Shown here one piece after another: positions 39,438 through 48,831 of a stretch of DNA of 64,000 bases (position 1 is its first letter; the number at the start of each line of letters is the position of its first letter). Below the pieces are notes generated by a model. The model was not told the origin of the DNA, searched no databases, and saw only the letters and a list, made by a program, of their open reading frames with translations. The stretch is from Clostridia bacterium. Lineage in GTDB: Bacteria > Bacillota > Clostridia > Oscillospirales > CAG-272. Location: positions 10,515 to 74,514 of the forward strand of contig JAFVWS010000004.1 of assembly GCA_017501545.1 (NCBI GenBank), written 5' to 3'. The position numbers and the translations under genes are program-made.

Positions 39438-39498
39438 TAAAAAGCCACCCATATGGGTGGCAAATAAAAACAGACCCGATTGGGTCTGTTTTTATTTA

Positions 39499-40029
39499 TT
39501 ATTCAGCGTCGTTTGATTCTTCTTCGTTTGATGCTTCCTCTACTGCCTCTTCGGTAGTTTCCTCTACTGCCTCTTCGGTAGCTTCTTCGTCATCCTTTTT
39601 GTCAGTTACCTTGTCAACAACGTTGTTTACAATACCAGTAGTCTTGTCAACAACCTTGTCAAAGAAACCGCCAACCTTGCCACCAACCTTGTCAGCAGCC
39701 TCGCCAAACTCGCCCTTTTCGCCGTTTCCAGCATCGTCCTTAATTACGCCTACAAACTTAAGTATTGAAATAACAATACCACCAACTATGTAGATGCAGA
39801 ATAAGAACTCGATAAGACCGAGAAGAGCAATTACAATATATGCGATGATGTCGATGAACAAAGGTTCAGTAAATGCAGCCAAAACGCCCATGCCACCCAT
39901 AATACCGCCGATAATAACGGAAACTACGAGATAGATGATTGCGTAAACTACAAGCTTAATAACAAAAGGCTTTGTAACCTTCTTTTCAAGCTTGAATGCG
40001 CCACTATAAAGCTTTCTCAAAAAATTCAT
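39499..40029 (-). CDS. Hypothetical two-TM membrane protein with acidic tail (paralog A)
   Basis: ATG 40029 after AAAGGAGG; MNFLRKLY..., two hydrophobic segments, GGFFDKVVDKTTG, Glu-rich tail. Confidence 0.75.
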   Translation of the reverse strand: MNFLRKLYSGAFKLEKKVTKPFVIKLVVYAIIYLVVSVIIGGIMGGMGVLAAFTEPLFIDIIAYIVIALLGLIEFLFCIYIVGGIVISILKFVGVIKDDAGNGEKGEFGEAADKVGGKVGGFFDKVVDKTTGIVNNVVDKVTDKKDDEEATEEAVEETTEEAVEEASNEEESNDAE

Positions 40030-40125
40030 AGTATATCCTCCTTTCAAAAATAAACAAAAGTGATTGTGTCGAGATGATATTCTCAACAAAAAGTATTATA
40101 TCAAATGAGAAATACGATTTCAATA
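40010..40125 (-). repeat. About 115-bp near-identical promoter/5'UTR/start block, copy 1 (copy 2 at about 40663-40778)
   Basis: Direct comparison shows one mismatch (aaatAcg vs aaatGcg); contains TTGAAA-17-TATAAT, a hairpin and the RBS. Confidence 0.9.
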
Positions 40126-40187
40126 TATTTTTGAAAATTTAATATAATAAAAACGGACAAAATGTCCGTTTTTTTGTTGGAATAATT

Positions 40188-40682
40188 TTATTCAGCGTCA
40201 TTTGCTACTTCTTCTACAGTAGCTACATCTTCGCTGGAGTCCTCAGAATCATCCTTTTTGTCAGTAACCTTGTCAACGACATTGCTTACGACTCCAGTTG
40301 TCTTGTCAACAACCTTGTCGAAAAAACCACCAACCTTGCCTGCGGTTTCAACTGCAGTGTTGGGTTCGCCTTCTTCAAGTCCTGCGTTGTCCTTGATTAC
40401 ACCCACAAACTTAAGTATTGAAATAACAACACCACCGAGTAGGTATGCGCCGATTACAGTATACACCAATGCAAGAAGCATGATAACGACATAGCAAACG
40501 ATATCAACTGCTAATGTATCCATAGCGCCAGTTAAAACAAGAATTCCAATTTCAAGTGCGCCCCAAATAGAACCAATTACAAGATTAAGGATTACGTAAA
40601 CAACAAGTCTAATAACAAATGGCTTAACTACCTTTTTCTCAAGATTAAAAGGCCCTTTGTAAAGCTTTCTCAAAAAATTCAT
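40188..40682 (-). CDS. Hypothetical two-TM membrane protein with acidic tail (paralog B)
   Basis: ATG 40682; same architecture and the same NDAE end as paralog A. Confidence 0.75.
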   Translation of the reverse strand: MNFLRKLYKGPFNLEKKVVKPFVIRLVVYVILNLVIGSIWGALEIGILVLTGAMDTLAVDIVCYVVIMLLALVYTVIGAYLLGGVVISILKFVGVIKDNAGLEEGEPNTAVETAGKVGGFFDKVVDKTTGVVSNVVDKVTDKKDDSEDSSEDVATVEEVANDAE

Positions 40683-40877
40683 AGTATATCCTCCTTTCAA
40701 AAATAAACAAAAGTGATTGTGTCGAGATGATATTCTCAACAAAAAGTATTATATCAAATGAGAAATGCGATTTCAATATTTTTTTCCAAAATAATATAAA
40801 AAATCTATTATTTTCTTTTGTTGACAATGATTTAATATCGTGATATACTTAGTATATCAAAATCAAAAGAGGTAGTT

Positions 40878-42122
40878 ATGATTACAGTTAAACCATTTAA
40901 CGCATTAAGACCTACACCAAGCCTTGCTGATAAATGTGCAGCGCTTCCATATGACGTTATGTCAAGCGATGAGGCGAGGGAAATGGTAAAGGGCAACGAA
41001 TATACTTTTTTACGCATTGACAGGGCAGAGGTAAACCTCGAAAAGGGCGTTGATATTTATAGCGACCGTGTTTACAATACCGCCAAGGAAATGCTTGAAA
41101 AATTTGAAAAAGACGGTGTTTATGTAAGCGACACACAAAAAAGATATTATTTCTATCGTCAGATTATGGGTAGTCAGTCACAAACTGGTATAGTTGGCTG
41201 TGCCTCAATTGATGACTACTTAGAAAACAGAATTAAAAAGCACGAGTTTACAAGGGCAGACAAGGAAATTGACCGTATAAAGCACGTTGACACCTGTTCA
41301 GCACAGACAGGCCCTATTTTCTTGGCTTACAAGGATAGCGAAACACTTGATAATATTATATGCAAGCAAACCGAAAAAGAACCACTTTACGATTTTGTAA
41401 GTGAGGACGGCGTGCGCCATACGGTTTGGACAACAGATGGTGAAGCGGTTGATAATGAAATTGAGTGCGCATTTAAGGGACTTGATGCATTATATATAGC
41501 AGACGGACACCATCGCTGTGCTTCTGCCGTTAAGGTTGGCACAAAGCGCAGAGGTGAAAATCCAAATTACACAGGAAATGAGGAATTTAACTTCTTTCTC
41601 TCTGTAATTTTCCCTTCAAAGACACTTAAAATCCTTGACTACAATCGTCTTTTAAAGGACTTAAACGGACACGGGGTAGAGGATTTTCTAAAAATTGTTG
41701 AACAAAAGCTTGGCACCGCCCAAAAATACGAGGGTGAGGGTGCGTATCGCCCAGAAAAAAAGCACACAGTTGGAATTTATGTGGGCGAAAGCTGGTATAA
41801 GGTTACCTTCCATCCCGAAATTTGCTCGGCTGAGCGTGCAGTTGACCGTCTTGACTGCGCAATTTTGCAAAAATATTTAATATCTGATATTCTCGGCATT
41901 GACGACCCACGCACAGATAAGCGCATCGACTTTGCAGGAGGAATAAGAGGTCTTAAATACCTTGAAGAAAGATGCCATATTGATATGCAAATGGCAATTT
42001 CAATGTACCCAACCTCGCTTGATGATTTAATGGCAGTTGCGGACGCAGGCGACGTTATGCCACCTAAGTCTACTTGGTTTGAGCCTAAGCTTCGCAGTGG
42101 ACTTCTAATTCACAAAATTTAA
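40878..42122 (+). CDS. DUF1015 family protein
   Basis: ALPYDV, KKHEFTR.DKE.DR, YIADGHHR, MPPKSTWFEPKLRSGL. Confidence 0.93.
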   Translation: MITVKPFNALRPTPSLADKCAALPYDVMSSDEAREMVKGNEYTFLRIDRAEVNLEKGVDIYSDRVYNTAKEMLEKFEKDGVYVSDTQKRYYFYRQIMGSQSQTGIVGCASIDDYLENRIKKHEFTRADKEIDRIKHVDTCSAQTGPIFLAYKDSETLDNIICKQTEKEPLYDFVSEDGVRHTVWTTDGEAVDNEIECAFKGLDALYIADGHHRCASAVKVGTKRRGENPNYTGNEEFNFFLSVIFPSKTLKILDYNRLLKDLNGHGVEDFLKIVEQKLGTAQKYEGEGAYRPEKKHTVGIYVGESWYKVTFHPEICSAERAVDRLDCAILQKYLISDILGIDDPRTDKRIDFAGGIRGLKYLEERCHIDMQMAISMYPTSLDDLMAVADAGDVMPPKSTWFEPKLRSGLLIHKI

Positions 42123-42145
42123 CGACTCTACAAAGGAGATTTTCC

Positions 42146-42841
42146 TTGGATATTTTTCTTATTATAATTCAGTATGTCGGCGCAATTTCCTTTACAATTT
42201 CAGCAACGATATACGCAATTCATAAGCGTGCTGACATAGTTGGCGCACTTGTGTTTTCCTTACTCACCTGCTTTGGTGGAGGATTAATGAGGGATTTAAT
42301 TCTCGGCAAGTTTCCACCCAACATATTAGTTGACAAGGGCTACTTATACTTGGCGCTTGCCTCGGTTCTTGTATGCTTGGTAATTTACCACCTTGCATTT
42401 ATCAAGAAAATCAGAGGCTTTATCGGTAAGCACGAGCATAGCTTTATAATTGAATTTACCGATGCAATAGGTCTTGCCTCGTTTGTTGTTTCGGGTATGG
42501 AAACTGCAATTTCATACGCGCCAGAGGGCACAAAGCAGAGCTTTTTAATTATCGTATTTGCAGGCTGTATAACTGGCGTCGGTGGTGGAATTCTTCGCGA
42601 TATTTGCTCGGCACAAATTCCGTCAGTGTTCAGAAAGCACATTTACCTAATTCCAGTAATTGTTGCATCAATATTCTTTGCACTGGTTTACGATAAGTTA
42701 GAGGCGGTGGCAATAATTGTTGCGATAGTGTTTATAATAGCAATTAGAATCCTTGCATACAAGTTTAAATGGAACCTTCCAATTCCAAAGCAAATCCCTG
42801 AAAAAGAGGAAGAAAAAGAGAAGGAATTAATTAAAAAATAA
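42146..42841 (+). CDS. UPF0126 / TRIC cation-channel family membrane protein
   Basis: Duplicated GGGLMRD / GGGILRD motifs, DAIGLA, multiple TM helices. Confidence 0.88.
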   Translation: MDIFLIIIQYVGAISFTISATIYAIHKRADIVGALVFSLLTCFGGGLMRDLILGKFPPNILVDKGYLYLALASVLVCLVIYHLAFIKKIRGFIGKHEHSFIIEFTDAIGLASFVVSGMETAISYAPEGTKQSFLIIVFAGCITGVGGGILRDICSAQIPSVFRKHIYLIPVIVASIFFALVYDKLEAVAIIVAIVFIIAIRILAYKFKWNLPIPKQIPEKEEEKEKELIKK

Positions 42842-42882
42842 GAAAAACAGCCACAGATGTGGCTGTTTTTTATTGTTTTATG

Positions 42883-44385
42883 TTACATTGTAACGAGAGC
42901 AAATCTAAGAGCAAATAGAACTGCAACTACTGTGATAACAATATCCTTCTTTTGATATTTACCTGTGAATAGTCTTAGAAGCACGTATGAGATTGCGCCA
43001 ATTGCGATACCGTTTGAAATTGAGTAGGTAAGTGGCATCATAACAAGTGCTAAGAATGCAGGAATTGCGCTTGTGATATCCTCCATGTCAACCTTTGCAA
43101 AGCCCTTGAGCATTAATACGCCAATGTAGATAAGTGCTGGTGCAGTTGCACATGCTGGAATGATTGTTGCAAGAGGTGTTAAGAATAGGCAAGCTATAAA
43201 GCAAACGGATGTGATGACTGAGGCAAAGCCTGTACGTCCACCAACACCAACGCCTGCACTTGACTCAACGAATGTTGTACATGTTGATGTACCGAGAAGT
43301 GAGCCAGAAAGTGTTGCAACGGAGTCAGCATTCATTGACTGCTTCATGTTGATTGGGTCACCGTTTTCATCAAGCATATTAGCTTGTGATGCAGCGCCGT
43401 AAAGTGTGCCCATTGTGTCGAACATATCAACGAGGCAGAATGTAATTGTAAGTGCAATTACAGAGAAGAGTGTTCCCCAAGTAAATTGTCCGCCGGTTGT
43501 AAAGAGTGTCTTAAAGCCCTCAAATGCGCCAAACAAGCCTTCTTTTCCAAAATGGTAGAATGAGCTACCAATGCTTGTGAAGCTGAAGCTTGGAAGCGTC
43601 CAAGTTGCAATGTAGTAAAGAACTGTTGAACCAAGAATTGAAATGATTACAGAGCCCTTAACCTTGAATTTAGAAAGCACGCCCATAATAATTAGGCCAA
43701 GTATTGCAATTAATATAGGAGCAATTGCCTTCCAGCCCTCAAATGGAGTTGCGGCATTTTTCCATGCACCATGGAAATCAAAGAATTGTACAAGTGTGTA
43801 CTGGTTTGGTTGAATGATACCAACGTTTTGGAAGCCGAGGAATGCAATGAATAGACCAATACCAGCTGGAATAGCCTTCTTTAGGTTGTCTGGTAGTGAT
43901 TTTGCAATCATTGTTCTAAGTCCAGTGAATGAAAGAATCATAAAGAGTAAGCCTGAAAGAAGAATTACAGATAGACCCTCTTTATAGCCCTTGATTACGT
44001 CTGTTGTGCCGTCCTCCTTTAATAATTCAGGAAGAATGAATGATACGAAGAAGAATGAGTTAAGACCCATGCCGCATGCCTGCGCAAAAGGCATCTTTGC
44101 ATAGAATGCATAGAGAAGAGTACCAACTACCGCTGCAAGAATTGATGCAACGTAAACCGAATACCAAATGATTTTTAGGTCGCCCGAAAGCTTGTCAAAC
44201 GAATCACCCGCTATTTGGTTTGGGTTGGTCACAACTATGTACGCCATAGCGAAGAATGTTGTAAGACCTGCAATAATTTCTGTCTTTACGTTAGAGCCAC
44301 GCTCGCTGATTTTGAAAAAACGGTCAAACTTGCTAACCTTTTTCTCTTGAACAGCTTCAACTTTAACATCTGTTTTTTTACTCAT
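42883..44385 (-). CDS. NCS2/AzgA-type purine permease
   Basis: EIIAGLTTFFAMAYI, GMGLN, GIGLFIA, DMFDTMGTL, FVESSAGV..GGRTG, PLTYSISNG. Confidence 0.94.
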   Translation of the reverse strand: MSKKTDVKVEAVQEKKVSKFDRFFKISERGSNVKTEIIAGLTTFFAMAYIVVTNPNQIAGDSFDKLSGDLKIIWYSVYVASILAAVVGTLLYAFYAKMPFAQACGMGLNSFFFVSFILPELLKEDGTTDVIKGYKEGLSVILLSGLLFMILSFTGLRTMIAKSLPDNLKKAIPAGIGLFIAFLGFQNVGIIQPNQYTLVQFFDFHGAWKNAATPFEGWKAIAPILIAILGLIIMGVLSKFKVKGSVIISILGSTVLYYIATWTLPSFSFTSIGSSFYHFGKEGLFGAFEGFKTLFTTGGQFTWGTLFSVIALTITFCLVDMFDTMGTLYGAASQANMLDENGDPINMKQSMNADSVATLSGSLLGTSTCTTFVESSAGVGVGGRTGFASVITSVCFIACLFLTPLATIIPACATAPALIYIGVLMLKGFAKVDMEDITSAIPAFLALVMMPLTYSISNGIAIGAISYVLLRLFTGKYQKKDIVITVVAVLFALRFALVTM

Positions 44386-44463
44386 GAAAAAATCCTTTCC
44401 GTCGGCAATAAATTTTTAGTATACCGACCTTTAATCATATTTTATCACAAAACAATCACATTT

Positions 44464-44646
44464 TCAACATTTTTTACCTATATTTGATACAAAAATATTC
44501 ATTTCTCGTACACCCTTTACTTTTTTCGCTTCATTTATTATATTATCTTGCTTGTTTTCGTCCATTTTTAAAAACGCCTGCAAAGCAGGCGCATTGTGAG
44601 AAAGCGCCATTTGAAAGGTAATCGGCATTTGGTTATTTTGTTCCAT
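44464..44646 (-). CDS. Small hypothetical protein (about 60 aa)
   Basis: MEQNNQMPITFQMALSHNAPALQAF...; GGGTGG RBS; recalls a small conserved clostridial protein (recollection, not searched). Confidence 0.55.
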   Translation of the reverse strand: MEQNNQMPITFQMALSHNAPALQAFLKMDENKQDNIINEAKKVKGVREMNIFVSNIGKKC

Positions 44647-44724
44647 TTTGTCCACCCTGTGTATGAATTTAATACTATTTTTATCATATGCAAGGATTAA
44701 TATAAGTGGTAAAAATTTCACCTC

Positions 44725-44753
44725 TTGACAAAAATGAAAAAATTTATTATAAT
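44725..44753 (+). promoter_or_regulatory. rnpB promoter
   Basis: TTGACA(44725)-17-TATAAT(44748), exact consensus. Confidence 0.85.
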
Positions 44754-44759
44754 ACTATC

Positions 44760-45130
44760 GAACTAAGTTGGATGGTCGCGCATTGTCACGCCGAAAGGTA
44801 GCAGTGTGAGGAAAGTCCGTGCTTCACAGGGCAGGATAGCTGATAACGTCAGCCAGAGGCGACTCTCGGGAAAGTGCAACAGAAAATTACCGCCCTTGGC
44901 TTATAGCTAATGGTAAGGATGAAAACGCGAGGTAAGAGCTCACGATATTCTATGGTAACATAGAGTAGGTGTAAACCCTATCTGAAGCAACACCGTGTAT
45001 GGAAATTTTATTTGCCCGATAAGGCTTTTGCCGTTTCCATGGGTGGCACGCATTATTGCGGAGCCTTGTGGTGACACAAGGCAAAGATAGATGACCGTCG
45101 AATACAGAACACGGCTTATAGATTTAGTTC
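44760..45130 (+). ncRNA. rnpB: RNase P RNA (bacterial type A)
   Basis: GAGGAAAGTCCG (P4), GGAAAGTGCAACAGAAA, GGTAAGAGC, TGTAAACCC, AGATAGATG, AATACAGAACACGGCTTAT; P1 pairing GAACTAAG/TTTAGTTC. Confidence 0.96.
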
Positions 45131-45200
45131 ACTTAATATGGAAAAACCGAGCCTAAAGCTTGGTTTTTTCTTTTGAAAATTTCTCCCGTGTTCTTCGAAC

Positions 45201-45430
45201 AACCGCACGCAAGCATAGTCGATTGTCTTCGTCTATCCAAGCGACAGACTTGCCACTCTCCTTGCCTTGCGCGAATTTCTTCGGCAAAAACAATACTCAA
45301 TTGTTTTGCTCTTGAAAAACCGCACGCAAGCATAGTCGATTGTCTTCGTCTGTCCAAGCGACAGACTTGCCACTCTCCTTGCCTTACGTGAATTTCTTCG
45401 GCAAAAACAATACTCAATTGTTTTTGCTCT
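45201..45430. repeat. Two tandem copies of a ~112-bp element (45201-45312, 45318-45430), third partial copy at about 45513-45544
   Basis: aaccgcacgcaagcatagtcgattgtcttcgtct.tccaagcgacagacttgccactctccttgcctt...ggcaaaaacaatactcaattgtttt; three substitutions and one indel between copies. Confidence 0.92.
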
Positions 45431-45438
45431 CGAAATCA

Positions 45439-45489
45439 GCTTATAGATTTAGTTCACTTAATATGGAAAAACCGAGCCTAAAGCTTGGT
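45439..45489 (+). repeat. Exact 51-bp duplicate of rnpB 3' end plus terminator stem (original 45114-45164)
   Basis: gcttatagatttagttcacttaatatggaaaaaccgagcctaaagcttggt occurs twice. Confidence 0.93.
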
Positions 45490-45596
45490 GCTTTTCTTGT
45501 AATTGGTTTTTTCGTGTTCTTCGAACAACCGCACGCAAGCATAGCATTTTTGCACGATAAAACTAAAAAACGGACACAGGGGTGTCCGTTTTTTGA

Positions 45597-46478
45597 TTAT
45601 TCCTCGTTTGGGTTATATTCCAAGATGGCTTTAAGCAACGCGATTTCCTTGTCAAGATTCTTGTTCATTTTCATATCGCGCTCACAAATGCAAATGAGTG
45701 TGTCCTTTGGCAAGATAGAGGCAAGCTCTGGATGCGATTTTGCAAAAGCGGTTGCGTGAAAATAAACAGCACGCCCCTCGTAGGTAATAGAGGAGTAGTC
45801 GCCCTCAACCAAATCACTGATTTTATAAAATCCAGTTGACATTTCCTCAAAAACAGCCTTATCAAGAAGCATAAAGTTAAATTGACCAGAAATAACTAAA
45901 TAGTTTATTTGCTCAAGCGCCTCGTTGTTTGCAGTTTGCTGTTGCACGCTTGGCACAACGCCACCATTGTATTCAACCTGCTGGTCGAAGCTACGATATA
46001 GGTTGTTTGTCCATTTGATGTCGGTTTTCCCATCCTTGTCGTAGTCAGGCACAACATCGGAAAATGCTTTATTTAATGTTTCAAGCTGACTGCTGGATAG
46101 CTCTCGTGGACCGTTGTAAGCAATACTGATGTCGGTTTTTTCCTTGATAGCGCACGTAAAAATAAGTCCACCAATAACTAAAAGGAAAAATACCGAAAGT
46201 ATAATCACCCATTTGCGCTTGTACCATAGGTTTTTAAAAAAGTTGCCCTTGGTAATTTCGGCGGTAGAGTCGTGAATTTTACTATCGTTTTCGATGCCAA
46301 GCAAGCGCATACGTCTTGCTGCAACAGACTCACGCTCCTCGTCGTCACCATCCTCCTCATCCATACTGATGGGATATCTCGTTTCTTGCTTTGTTTTCTC
46401 AAAAGAAGGCTCTGACACTTGGCTTTGCTCGCTTTCGCTTGGCAAAACGGTATCTTTTTCGTTTTGATTTTCGTCCAT
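45597..46478 (-). CDS. Hypothetical membrane-anchored protein
   Basis: Acidic N-terminus, single TM (WVIILSVFFLLVIGGLIF), extracellular domain with DYDKDG loop. Confidence 0.7.
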   Translation of the reverse strand: MDENQNEKDTVLPSESEQSQVSEPSFEKTKQETRYPISMDEEDGDDEERESVAARRMRLLGIENDSKIHDSTAEITKGNFFKNLWYKRKWVIILSVFFLLVIGGLIFTCAIKEKTDISIAYNGPRELSSSQLETLNKAFSDVVPDYDKDGKTDIKWTNNLYRSFDQQVEYNGGVVPSVQQQTANNEALEQINYLVISGQFNFMLLDKAVFEEMSTGFYKISDLVEGDYSSITYEGRAVYFHATAFAKSHPELASILPKDTLICICERDMKMNKNLDKEIALLKAILEYNPNEE

Positions 46479-46622
46479 ATTACCCCTCCTTCTTTTTTAA
46501 TTATTATATCACTAACTAAAACTAAAGTCAATTATCATTGACACTAAATATTAAATATGTTAAAATAATATAAGAGCGCCCTTTGGAGGCGTATAATTAA
46601 ACTAAAAAAGATGGTACAAAAT

Positions 46623-47858
46623 ATGAAAGAGCTACTTTGTCCTGCTGGAAATTTTGAAAAAATGAAGGCAGCTATTCTATATGGTGCAGATGCGGTTTAT
46701 TTGGCTTCTGATATGTTTGGCATGCGTGCGGCAGCCGACAATTTCACGCTTGAGGAGCTTGAGGAAGCTACCAAATACGCACACTCCCACGGGGTAAAGC
46801 TATATGTGACGGTAAATACTATGCCTCACACAAACGAATATGAAAGACTAAAAAAATACCTTTTGGAGTATGATAGAATAGGGGTTGACGCCCTTATAAT
46901 TTCCGACCTTGGCGTTTTTATGCTTGCAAGAGAGACAATTCCAAATATGGAAATTCATATTTCTACACAGGCAAGCATTGTTTCAGCCGCTGCAGCTACT
47001 GCTTGGCACAAAATGGGCGCAAAGCGTGTTGTTTTGGCAAGGGAGCTATCTCTTGATGAGATAAATGAAATTAGAAGAAACACCCCAAAGGAATTAGAGC
47101 TTGAGTGCTTTATTCACGGCTCAATGTGCATATCATATAGTGGCAGGTGTCTGCTTTCCAACTACTACACGGGCAGGGATGCGAACCGTGGCGCATGCGC
47201 ACAGCCATGCAGATGGAGCTATAAAAATGCATCCCCAATTGAATTTGCCGAGGAAAAGCGCCTCCTTGACAAGCTTAACATTGAGGAATATAAGGAGGGC
47301 TCGTTTGTGATGTCCTCTAAGGATATGTGTATGATTGAGCATATTGACAGCCTCATGGAAAGCGGTATAGATAGCTTTAAAATTGAAGGCCGTATGAAGA
47401 GTGCATACTATACAGCAATCTGCGCCAATACCTACAAAATGGCTATGAATGAATATTTAAGGTCTCCATCTGAATATAAATATAATCCACTCTGGCTAAG
47501 AGAGCTTGAAAGCGTTAGCCACCGTGAATACGCAACAGGCTTTTATTTTGACAACCCTATGAATAACCCACAGGTTGTAACGCAAAATGGATACCTTCGC
47601 GAAAAGGCATATTTGTGTGTTGCAACTGGAAAAGGTGACGGGGAGTATCTGTATTTCACCCAAAGAAACAAAATAAAAGAGGGGGACGTGTGCGAAATTA
47701 TCACCCCTGGTAAGGTTGGCAGAAAATTTGTAGCCACCGATTTAAGGCTTCCAAATGGTGAAAAAATAGACTCGGCACCACACCCATCAATGGAGTTTAA
47801 GATGAGGGTTCCGTTTGAGGTAAAAGAGGGAGATATCGTACGCTCAAGCGAGGAATAA
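46623..47858 (+). CDS. U32 family peptidase (TrhP/YrrO-like, likely tRNA hydroxylation)
   Basis: ELLCPAG, GADAVY, HISTQ, VVLARELS, HGSMCISYSGRC...RGACAQPCR, SFKIEGRMK. Confidence 0.92.
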   Translation: MKELLCPAGNFEKMKAAILYGADAVYLASDMFGMRAAADNFTLEELEEATKYAHSHGVKLYVTVNTMPHTNEYERLKKYLLEYDRIGVDALIISDLGVFMLARETIPNMEIHISTQASIVSAAAATAWHKMGAKRVVLARELSLDEINEIRRNTPKELELECFIHGSMCISYSGRCLLSNYYTGRDANRGACAQPCRWSYKNASPIEFAEEKRLLDKLNIEEYKEGSFVMSSKDMCMIEHIDSLMESGIDSFKIEGRMKSAYYTAICANTYKMAMNEYLRSPSEYKYNPLWLRELESVSHREYATGFYFDNPMNNPQVVTQNGYLREKAYLCVATGKGDGEYLYFTQRNKIKEGDVCEIITPGKVGRKFVATDLRLPNGEKIDSAPHPSMEFKMRVPFEVKEGDIVRSSEE

Positions 47859-47877
47859 TTTTTGAAAGGAGCAAAAT

Positions 47878-48723
47878 ATGCTTTTCGTTGAAATTTGCAA
47901 GGCAATATTTATAGGAGTTATTCAAGGAATAACCGAATGGCTTCCTGTCTCAAGCACGGGACACATGATAATTGCCAACGAATTTGTTAAGCTGAATATT
48001 AGCGATGGCGCGTGGGAAATTTTCGAGGTTGTAACACAGCTTGGCTCGATTTTGGCAGTAATTATTTTGTTCTTTGACAAATTAAACCCATTTAAAAAAA
48101 ACAAGGGCGGAATAGGCATAGGCGTGAAAAAAGAAACCGTTTCCCTTTGGATAAAGGTTATAATTGCAGTTATACCGGCTGGTGTGCTTGGCGTATTGCT
48201 TGATGATTTTCTTGATGCGCATTTTTATAATTTCATAACCGTGGCGATTGCTCTAATCGTTTATGGAATATTATTTATTGTTATCGAAAAAATAAATAAA
48301 AAAAGAAAATTCAAGTATAACGACATTGGAGGCATAAACAAAAGAACCTCGTTTGAGATTGGTTGCTTTCAGGTGCTTTCGTTAATACCTGGCACCTCAC
48401 GCTCAGGCTCGACAATTCTTGGCGCTTCAGTTTTGGGCGTGTCAAGACCCGTTGCTGCTGAATTTTCATTCTTCCTTGCAATTCCAGTAATGGCAGGTGC
48501 AACCCTACTTAAGGTGGCAAAGGCGTTTTTGATAGATGATATAAGCTTAAATGCACAGGAGATTTTAATCATCTTTGTTGGTACGCTAACTGCATTTTTG
48601 GTGTCGCTTGCGGTGATAAAGCTACTTATGGATTTTGTAAAAAAGCATACCTTTAGCGCATTTGGCTGGTACAGAATTGCCTTTGGCATTATCTTGCTCG
48701 CGTATTATTTTATATTTAAATAA
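47878..48723 (+). CDS. uppP: Undecaprenyl-diphosphatase
   Basis: QGITEWLPVSSTGH, PGTSRSGSTI, AAEFSFFLAIP, FGWYRI. Confidence 0.96.
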   Translation: MLFVEICKAIFIGVIQGITEWLPVSSTGHMIIANEFVKLNISDGAWEIFEVVTQLGSILAVIILFFDKLNPFKKNKGGIGIGVKKETVSLWIKVIIAVIPAGVLGVLLDDFLDAHFYNFITVAIALIVYGILFIVIEKINKKRKFKYNDIGGINKRTSFEIGCFQVLSLIPGTSRSGSTILGASVLGVSRPVAAEFSFFLAIPVMAGATLLKVAKAFLIDDISLNAQEILIIFVGTLTAFLVSLAVIKLLMDFVKKHTFSAFGWYRIAFGIILLAYYFIFK

Positions 48724-48831
48724 AAAAACTATTGATAATTAAAATAGTTTGTGATATAATACAAGCGAAAAATTTTAATACTAAATTTTTCCACTAATTT
48801 CGTTAAAATTTATATACAGGAGAAATAAAAA

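Noticed and set aside
36723-39462. Similar AAAGCCACCC...GGGTGGC hairpins on both sides of the ABC operon as mobile-element ends
   Set aside because: Both sit directly after stop codons and are adequately explained as ordinary terminators
44386-44463. Purine riboswitch upstream of the NCS2 permease
   Set aside because: Leader is short and lacks the conserved purine-aptamer core
45201-45430. CRISPR array or coding ORFs (45133..45417, 45173..45391, 45340..45759)
   Set aside because: Units are ~112 bp with no unique spacers; the ORFs are translations of the repeat with no recognisable RBS or motif
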